Below are positions 1 to 4,959 of a stretch of 6,418 nt of DNA, in pieces; positions within the stretch are counted from its first letter, which is position 1, and every line of letters starts with the position of its first letter. The position numbers and the translations under genes were made by a program. Source of the stretch: Tubiluchus corallicola. Lineage: Eukaryota; Animalia; Priapulida. The stretch is taken from contig JAQGDQ010002531.1 of assembly GCA_030141605.1 (NCBI GenBank), positions 1 to 6,418 of the forward strand, given 5' to 3'. The notes beneath the pieces are model-generated. The model searched no databases, was not told the DNA's origin, and worked only from the letters and a program-made list of their open reading frames with translations.

Positions 1-1
1 T

Positions 2-817
2 GTAGAGTCTGCTCCAGAACTTGAAATTATTAATAAATTAGCAGGTAAGAAAAACAAAAAAATAAACGTTGCATTTAGGATAAACCCCAATGTAGATGCA
101 AATACTCACGAGTATATCAGCACAGGCTTAAAGGAAAATAAGTTTGGAATATCTATGTGGGATTTAGAAAATCTCCACGAGAAAATTGATGATTATAAAT
201 TTATTAATGTTATTGGACTACACTTTCATATAGGTTCACAGATAACGGATTTGAATGTTTATAAAAACCTCTGTCTTAAGATTAATGATATACAAAACAA
301 ATGGGTGGAAAAGGGATTGAGATTTCAACACTTAAATGTAGGTGGAGGACTTGGTGTAGATTACAAAGACCCAAACAAACAAAGTGATTTTGAAACATAT
401 TTTAAGGTATTTCACAATAATTTAAAACAAACAAAAGAACAACAAGTTCATTTCGAGTTGGGACGCTCCGTAATAGCCAACTACGGGATGCTAATAACAA
501 AAGTAATATACGTGAAAAAAAGTATTGCCAAAAACTTTGCTATTGTGGACGGAGGTATGACAGAATTATTGAGACCTGCACTATATCAAGCACAACATGA
601 AATAACAAATATAAGTTCTAACAAACCAATTAAGAAATACGATGTAGTAGGACCCATCTGCGAAACAACAGATTGTTTTAGGAGAGATGTTGAGCTTCCA
701 GAAACAAAAAGAGACGACTTGCTCATAATAAAAAGTGCAGGAGCATATGGAGAAGCAATGTCTCTGCAATATAACTTACGTAACAAAGTCAAAGCCTACT
801 ACTCCGATGAAATATAA
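2..817 (+). CDS. lysA: Diaminopimelate decarboxylase, 5'-truncated by the window edge
   Basis: The frame is open from base 2 (VESAPELEIIN...AFRINPNVDANTHEYISTGLKENKFGI), so the ATG at 155 is internal. It has the fold-type III PLP decarboxylase motifs HFHIGSQ, NVGGGLG, ELGRS, DGGMTELLRPALY, VVGPICET and GAYG...YN. Stop TAA at 815-817. Confidence 0.96.
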   Translation, partial: VESAPELEIINKLAGKKNKKINVAFRINPNVDANTHEYISTGLKENKFGISMWDLENLHEKIDDYKFINVIGLHFHIGSQITDLNVYKNLCLKINDIQNKWVEKGLRFQHLNVGGGLGVDYKDPNKQSDFETYFKVFHNNLKQTKEQQVHFELGRSVIANYGMLITKVIYVKKSIAKNFAIVDGGMTELLRPALYQAQHEITNISSNKPIKKYDVVGPICETTDCFRRDVELPETKRDDLLIIKSAGAYGEAMSLQYNLRNKVKAYYSDEI

Positions 818-978
818 AAAACATAATACGTAGTAAAATTTATAAAACAAATTTGAGACAGTAGAAAAAGACAAGTAGCAAAACTACTTCACAACCCGAT
901 ATATCAAAACCTATTCTAATAAAAGATATATAAAATGGCATCGTATTAAAAAAATGAGGTTTAACTCCAATAATTATA

Positions 979-986
979 TAAATTTG
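979..986 (+). promoter_or_regulatory. Bacteroidetes sigma70 -7 box (TAAATTTG) for the tRNA gene
   Basis: Exact TAnnTTTG match ending 11 nt before the tRNA 5' end. Confidence 0.7.
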
Positions 987-997
987 CATTTTCAAAA

Positions 998-1071
998 GGG
1001 GGCTTAGCTCAGATGGCTAGAGCGTTTGACTGGCAGTCAAGAGGTCGGGGGTTCGACTCCCCCAGTCTCCA
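998..1071 (+). tRNA. tRNA-Ala, anticodon GGC (CCA not encoded)
   Basis: Cloverleaf: acceptor GGGGGCT/AGTCTCC with the G3:U70 Ala determinant, D stem GCTC/GAGC, anticodon stem TTTGA/TCAAG with loop CT-GGC-AG (anticodon 1032-1034), T arm GGGGG-TTCGACT-CCCCC, discriminator A1071. Confidence 0.97.
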
Positions 1072-1083
1072 CGGTTGATTTTT

Positions 1084-1121
1084 AAAGCCTTACATGCTTA
1101 TGTGTGTAAGGCTTTGTGTTT
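1084..1121 (+). terminator. Hairpin downstream of tRNA-Ala, probable intrinsic terminator
   Basis: Perfect 11-bp stem AAAGCCTTACA (1084-1094) / TGTAAGGCTTT (1105-1115), followed by T-rich GTGTTT. Confidence 0.7.
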
Positions 1122-1137
1122 AATATACCTACATCTT

Positions 1138-1174
1138 AAAAAGATAAAGCCACCTCAAAATGAAGTGGCTTTAT
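1138..1174 (-). terminator. Intrinsic terminator on the minus strand (ends the FxLYD mRNA and/or the candidate sRNA)
   Basis: Minus strand reads ATAAAGCCAC-TTCA-TTT-TGAG-GTGGCTTTAT-CTTTTT: a 14-bp stem whose one non-Watson-Crick position is a U-G wobble on this strand (C-A mismatch on +), followed by a U tract. Confidence 0.8.
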
Positions 1175-1205
1175 AAATTTGAAACATACCTAACCTCTTA
1201 GGCAT
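1138..1205 (-). ncRNA. Candidate ~68-nt small RNA (5' hairpin + terminator hairpin)
   Basis: Perfect -7 box TATCTTTG at 1217-1210 on the minus strand, then an 8-bp hairpin ATGCCTAA-GAGG-TTAGGTAT (1205-1186), then the terminator. It could simply be the 3' UTR of the upstream gene. Confidence 0.4.
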
Positions 1206-1235
1206 TACACAAAGATATATGTTTTTTATAAAAAA

Positions 1236-1730
1236 TTAATACATAACATTATCTATTTCAACTATGTAATTTTCAGCATTGTCTATATCTAATGCAAAAA
1301 TATCAACCGTTTTCTCCACTCCTGCTGCTATATTTAAAGTATTCCCGAAACCCGTTCCAACAATTCCCCCCTCTTTATTATAAAAGGTTGTTTTAAAGTC
1401 AACATAACTAACTAATTTAGAGGTGTTGTTTTTAACTCTACAGTGAATGGTGTATGATTTTAACGTACTATTATAATTTGCAGAATGCTGTAATATTTCA
1501 ACACCACGTTTTTTTTCTACATTTTTCACATCCCCTATTTCTCCTGTTTCTGTTAGCTCTTGGTTACTAAAATTAGTTGCTACTGCCAATATAACAATAA
1601 TTGTAGCTATAATTTTCCACCATTGAGCTATCGTATTAGATTTCCATAAAGCATAAAGCCCTACAGGAAAAAGGAATACCAGTAAAAGATGTGTTGTTAA
1701 TTTGTTGTCATACCATTTTTTATTTTCCAT
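1236..1730 (-). CDS. Membrane-anchored FxLYD-domain protein (164 aa)
   Basis: N-terminal KKWY motif and two hydrophobic segments (LLLVFLFPVGLYALW; IIATIIVILAVA). The C-terminal beta-rich domain RVKNNTSKLVSYVDFKTTFYNKEGGIVG...NIAAGVEKTV follows the FxLYD pattern (V.N.....yV.v...fYd.dG..vG). It has its own promoter and terminator. Confidence 0.8.
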   Translation of the reverse strand: MENKKWYDNKLTTHLLLVFLFPVGLYALWKSNTIAQWWKIIATIIVILAVATNFSNQELTETGEIGDVKNVEKKRGVEILQHSANYNSTLKSYTIHCRVKNNTSKLVSYVDFKTTFYNKEGGIVGTGFGNTLNIAAGVEKTVDIFALDIDNAENYIVEIDNVMY

Positions 1731-1935
1731 AATATAAATGTATTTTCTGCCTTTGCCCCTAAGACAAATTATTAAAATAAAAAAACGTGAGGCAAGATCT
1801 GCAAGTTAGAGGTACGACCAAGCACCCAAGTACAACAAACCAAGCACCCAAGTAGTAGGTACACTGGGTCTGCTTTTGTACTTTTAAAAATTGGTCTTTT
1901 TCTAACAAAAAGCAAACGCGTTTATGTTTTTACTC
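1731..1935 (-). promoter_or_regulatory. Long structured 5' leader (putative attenuator / cis-regulatory RNA) of the FxLYD gene
   Basis: Nested inverted repeats in + coordinates: 1783-1789/1917-1923 (imperfect), 1805-1810/1901-1906, 1816-1821/1891-1896, 1828-1835/1876-1883, 1842-1846/1871-1875, 1846-1850/1865-1869. A U-rich tract follows on the minus strand (1785-1774), then a small hairpin at 1752-1768. Confidence 0.6.
1817..1854 (+). repeat. Exact 16-bp direct repeat ACCAAGCACCCAAGTA x2 (period 22)
   Basis: Copies at 1817-1832 and 1839-1854, separated by CAACAA. Confidence 0.9.
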
Positions 1936-1937
1936 TA

Positions 1938-1945
1938 CAAATATA
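1938..1945 (-). promoter_or_regulatory. Bacteroidetes -7 box TATATTTG driving the leader and FxLYD gene
   Basis: Exact TAnnTTTG on the minus strand, just upstream of the structured leader. Confidence 0.7.
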
Positions 1946-1992
1946 AAAAACTATATTAATTTAAAAAAAAATAACATATGTAATGCCTGTAA

Positions 1993-2340
1993 TCATCTGA
2001 TTGTATTAATAATGTAGTCTTTTTTTCTTCCTGTTGGATTCATAACAAATAATTTTGACTGTATCTTTTGTATTTGTAAATATTCATCTTTCCATCGTTT
2101 AACGATTGAACGGTAAAAGGTTTCATCATAAAGAGTAGAAAGGGTTAACTCATTAACTCTTAATTGCTGTTTTACTCTTTTCTCAAACCTCAACTCATAT
2201 CTTATAGAGTTATGCCACCTATGGAGTTTAGGGATGTTTTGTTTTTTTGCCTCTTAGTTAGTTTATTAAATCATTTCCTAAGTCTTGGAAAGAGCTTGTG
2301 TTGCCCAAATTAACCTTATTATACCTACCTCTTGTTTCAA
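1993..2340 (-). pseudogene. Fragment of a phage/plasmid replication initiation protein (gene II/X-like, as seen in Bacteroidetes elements)
   Basis: The frame is open from 2253 to 1993: EAKKQNIPKLHRWHNSIRYELRFEKRVKQQLRVNELTLSTLYDETFYRSIVKRWKDEYLQIQK. This resembles my recollection of the N.LRYELRF...TLYDE.FY...W..EY..I.K region of these Rep proteins. In-frame TAA at 2256-2254; other-frame remnants lie upstream (FNKLTK; LGNTSSF at 2308-2288). No intact start. Confidence 0.6.
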
Positions 2341-2354
2341 CTTATCATCTATAA

Positions 2355-2387
2355 TGGTTTAAAGATAGTTTAAAAGTAGTTTAAAAG
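2355..2387 (+). repeat. Three tandem 11-bp repeats (TGGTTTAAAGA, TAGTTTAAAAG, TAGTTTAAAAG)
   Basis: Units at 2355-2365, 2366-2376 and 2377-2387; the last two are identical. Confidence 0.75.
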
Positions 2388-2499
2388 CTTTTATGTTTTA
2401 AGCTTGCCCTGCTACCTTATCTATATAGAGTTGTTGTGAATTGGAAGATGTTCTCTAAAAATAAAATACCTCATTACAAAATACCACGACCCTTTATCT

Positions 2500-2728
2500 C
2501 TGAGGAAGAGTATCTATTACAATCACACAAGCAAGTAAAAAAGGAATAAAATAGACGTTCGTTTTTGCCAAGAAGATAAATGACTTACCCAAAAACTCAT
2601 AGCAGAGCTATTTCAAAAGCCCAAATCTACCACCAACGGACATATCAAAAATATATTTGATAGTGGAGAATTAGAAGAAGAGGTAGTATATTCCAAAATG
2701 GGAACAGACCACTCAACACGGTGCGATG
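2500..2728 (+). pseudogene. rhuM: N-terminal fragment of a RhuM-family (virulence protein RhuM) gene, inactivated
   Basis: 2548-2706 translates as KIDVRFCQEDK*LTQKLIAELFQKPKSTTNGHIKNIFDSGELEEEVVYSKMGT, then after a +1 shift at about 2707 as TTQHGAM. This matches the RhuM N-terminal consensus (WLTQKQMAELF...HIKNIF..GEL...TTQHGA). TGA at 2581-2583 replaces the conserved Trp. The 5' boundary is approximate and the rest of the gene is missing. Confidence 0.85.
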
Positions 2729-2796
2729 CTTCGCACATATTAACAGTGTGATTTTTTTATATTCTCACCCCAGCAAAGCAAACCTCAAATAAAAAA

Positions 2797-3180
2797 CTAT
2801 ACCCACCCTCTTTCTTCATACAACTTATAGCCCATTTTCAAGGCATTGGCAATTTGCTTTTCTAAGATATCGTCCAAATTGCGAATGTGAAAACACGACT
2901 TGCCTTTCAACAATTTAAGAAGCTCTGGCTGAAATACCTCTTTCAAGGAAACATCGGCATAAACAGGCATATAATAAAACCCCACATAATGGCTCTGTAT
3001 GATAAGCCCAGCAAAATACATTTCTTTGCGTTTCCTTCCCTCAACTACCAAATCCTTAAAAGACCACAAATCGTACTTACTATCAAGGTCAAACTTAGGC
3101 TGCAAAACACCCTCATACTTTTTCAACAATTCTTTGAGCCTATTAAAAATAACAATAAGCTTTTCTTGTTCCTCTTGCAT
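2797..3180 (-). CDS. Conserved hypothetical protein, DUF1801/YdhG-like (127 aa)
   Basis: Motifs YFAGLIIQSHYVGFYYMPVY and ELLKLLKGKSCFH resemble DUF1801-type proteins. It starts 8 nt after the ftsY stop, so it is probably co-transcribed. Confidence 0.75.
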   Translation of the reverse strand: MQEEQEKLIVIFNRLKELLKKYEGVLQPKFDLDSKYDLWSFKDLVVEGRKRKEMYFAGLIIQSHYVGFYYMPVYADVSLKEVFQPELLKLLKGKSCFHIRNLDDILEKQIANALKMGYKLYEERGWV

Positions 3181-3188
3181 AGCTTTTT

Positions 3189-4172
3189 TTAATTAAACAA
3201 AGTGTTTACAAATTTCTTTCTGTCAAACATTTGCAAATCCTCCATACCTTCACCTACACCTATATACTTCACAGGAATTTTAAACTGGTCGCTCACACCA
3301 ATTACTACACCACCTTTGGCCGTACCATCCAATTTTGTTATCGCCAAAGCATTCACCTCCGTAGCCTTAGTAAATTGTTTTGCCTGTTCAAAGGCGTTTT
3401 GCCCTGTAGAGCCATCCAATACTAACAGCACTTCATTAGGAGCATTGGGCAGTACTTTTTTCATCACTTGTTTTACTTTGGTCAGTTCGTTCATCAAATT
3501 TACTTTATTATGTAGCCTTCCTGCTGTATCAATTATCACCACATCAGTATTGTTATTTTTTGCTGATGACAAAGTATCAAAAGCCACAGAAGCAGGGTCT
3601 GAACCCATTTTTTGTTTTACAATAGGTACCCCAACTCTATCTGACCATATAGTAATTTGTTCTACGGCTGCAGCACGAAAGGTATCTGCGGCACCTAAAA
3701 GTACTGATTTTCCAGCTTTTTTAAAATTATATGCCAACTTGCCAATAGTAGTTGTTTTGCCCACGCCATTTACTCCTACAACCATTATTACATAAGGTGT
3801 TTCGGACAACGACATATCAAAATTAATATCTTGGCTCTTGTTTTCTTCCAAAAGACTAACTATTTCTTCTTTCAATGTAGCATTCAATTCATCAGAAGTC
3901 AAATACTTATCTTTACTTACCCTCTTCTCAATTCTTTCAATAATTTTTATAGTTGTATCCACCCCTACATCAGAAGCAATAAGCACCTCCTCCAGCCTGT
4001 CCAAGACCTCTTCATCTATTTTCGACTTACCCACCACTACACGTGCTAACCTTTTCAGTACACTTTCTTTTGTTTTACTAAGTCCCTGCTCAAGTTTATC
4101 TTTTTCTGCCCTATTAGCATCAAGTGTATTTTCACCTTTTTTCTTTCTTGAGAAAACATTTAAAACTCCCAT
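3189..4172 (-). CDS. ftsY: Signal recognition particle receptor FtsY (short form, no long acidic domain)
   Basis: SRP GTPase motifs GVNGVGKTTTIGKLA, AADTFRAAA, DTAGRLH, DGSTGQNA, TKLDGTAKGG and GVGEGMEDL, plus the N-domain motif LEEVLIASDVGV. Confidence 0.98.
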   Translation of the reverse strand: MGVLNVFSRKKKGENTLDANRAEKDKLEQGLSKTKESVLKRLARVVVGKSKIDEEVLDRLEEVLIASDVGVDTTIKIIERIEKRVSKDKYLTSDELNATLKEEIVSLLEENKSQDINFDMSLSETPYVIMVVGVNGVGKTTTIGKLAYNFKKAGKSVLLGAADTFRAAAVEQITIWSDRVGVPIVKQKMGSDPASVAFDTLSSAKNNNTDVVIIDTAGRLHNKVNLMNELTKVKQVMKKVLPNAPNEVLLVLDGSTGQNAFEQAKQFTKATEVNALAITKLDGTAKGGVVIGVSDQFKIPVKYIGVGEGMEDLQMFDRKKFVNTLFN

Positions 4173-4189
4173 TATACTTTATTTTTCTG

Positions 4190-4233
4190 AAAATAAAAAA
4201 GACCTTCTTTTTGCATTACCAAAGAAAGCCTTT
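4190..4233 (-). terminator. Intrinsic terminator between the ribosomal protein genes and ftsY
   Basis: Minus strand reads AAAGGCTTTCTTT-GGTAATGCAA-AAAGAAGGTCTTT-TTTATTTT: a 13-bp stem with two G-U wobbles that work only on this strand, plus a U tract. Confidence 0.75.
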
Positions 4234-4269
4234 CTACTATATTGTTATTAATCCGAATGCTATTTAATG

Positions 4270-4440
4270 CTAAGACATTTTATTTTTCCCCTTTGCGAAA
4301 TATTCTTTTACCTCTTCCAAAGGTATCATTTCTTCTTTGTAAGAATAATTTCCTTCTTTTTCAGATTTCATAAGTTTAAATACCTTTGCAAGACCTCGTC
4401 CCCCTTTCTTTTGTAGAGTAGCAACAACTTTCTTAGCCAT
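4270..4440 (-). CDS. DUF4295 family protein = Bacteroidetes ribosomal protein bL38 (56 aa; not in the ORF track)
   Basis: ATG at 4440, TAG at 4272-4270: MAKKVVATLQKKGGRGLAKVFKLMKSEKEGNYSYKEEMIPLEEVKEYFAKGKNKMS. MAKKVVATL...KS.K.G.Y.(F/Y)KEEM is the DUF4295 signature. It sits in its canonical position, 6 nt after rpmG. Confidence 0.92.
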   Translation of the reverse strand: MAKKVVATLQKKGGRGLAKVFKLMKSEKEGNYSYKEEMIPLEEVKEYFAKGKNKMS

Positions 4441-4446
4441 AATCTA

Positions 4447-4629
4447 TTATTTTATTTCTTTGTGAATAGTCATTTTCCTTAGAACGGGGTTGTATTTTTT
4501 CAACTCCAAACGACTAGGTGTATTTTTCTTATTTTTAGTGCTAATATACCTTGACATTCCCGGCATACCACTTTTCTTATGTTCTGTGCATTCTAAAATA
4601 ACCTGCACTCTGTTTCCTTTCTTTGCCAT
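4447..4629 (-). CDS. rpmG: 50S ribosomal protein bL33
   Basis: [18 protein letters not shown]...[23 protein letters not shown]...HKEIK, the typical Bacteroidetes L33 without a complete Zn ribbon. Confidence 0.98.
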   Translation of the reverse strand: MAKKGNRVQVILECTEHKKSGMPGMSRYISTKNKKNTPSRLELKKYNPVLRKMTIHKEIK

Positions 4630-4643
4630 ATTTTATTATAGGA

Positions 4644-4886
4644 TTAATAATTGTTGATAAATCCTTTTACTTTTGCTTCCTTCAAGCAAGTATTTAGTCC
4701 TTTCTTATTTATGTTTCTAATACCCGCCGCACTTACTCTAATTTTTATCCATCTATCTTCTTCTGGCAGGTAAAACCTTTTATCAAATAAATTGACTTCA
4801 AATCTTCTTTTGGTTTTTTTATGAGAGTGAGAAACATTGTTCCCTGTCATTGCTTTCTTTCCCGTTATCTGACAAACTCTTAACAT
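4644..4886 (-). CDS. rpmB: 50S ribosomal protein bL28
   Basis: RVCQITGKKAMTGNNVSHSHKKTKRRFEVNL...RVSAAGIRNINKKG, directly upstream of rpmG. Confidence 0.98.
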   Translation of the reverse strand: MLRVCQITGKKAMTGNNVSHSHKKTKRRFEVNLFDKRFYLPEEDRWIKIRVSAAGIRNINKKGLNTCLKEAKVKGFINNY

Positions 4887-4959
4887 CCTTATCCAATTTT
4901 ATATTAGTAGCAAAATATTTTGCAAATATCTATAATTTATTCCAATTTTCAAAATAAAA

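Larger units (their letters stand above)
1072..2790. mobile_element. Degenerate tRNA-Ala-linked genomic islet (remnant of an integrated element); boundaries approximate
   Basis: Lies directly after a tRNA, between housekeeping genes, and contains rep-like and rhuM-like pseudogenes plus an accessory FxLYD gene. No integrase and no clear att duplication are visible. Confidence 0.6.

Noticed and set aside
155-157. ATG 155 as the start of lysA
   Set aside because: The frame is open and LysA-like back to base 2, so the real start is outside the window.
581-792. Minus-strand ORFs 581-769 and 586-792
   Set aside because: Antisense shadows of lysA with no recognisable motifs.
873-889. Hairpin AAGTAG-CAAAA-CTACTT after lysA as a terminator
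   Set aside because: Weak 6-bp AT-rich stem and no U tract.
1030-1036. C32-G38 pair in the tRNA anticodon loop as an anomaly
   Set aside because: A Watson-Crick 32-38 pair is a known feature of tRNA-Ala(GGC), so it supports the call and is not novel.
1817-1854. Direct repeat as a mini CRISPR array
   Set aside because: Only two 16-bp copies with a 6-nt spacer and no cas genes; the sizes do not fit CRISPR.
2463-2485. AAAATACC repeated twice
   Set aside because: An 8-bp AT-rich repeat is expected by chance here.
2581-2583. TGA at a conserved Trp as evidence of genetic code 4 or recoding
   Set aside because: The same fragment also has a frameshift and truncation, and the intact genes translate fully under the standard code, so this is pseudogene decay.
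2764-2773. CTCACCCCAG as an attR copy of the tRNA 3' end (CTCCCCCAG)
   Set aside because: Short, gapped match that does not extend into TCTCCA; not enough to call an att site, although its position is suggestive.
2887-4251. Plus-strand ORFs 2887-3192, 2999-3196, 3202-3795, 3231-3425, 3831-4049 and 3838-4251
   Set aside because: Antisense shadows of the DUF1801-like gene and ftsY; long antisense frames opposite conserved genes are a common codon-bias artefact.
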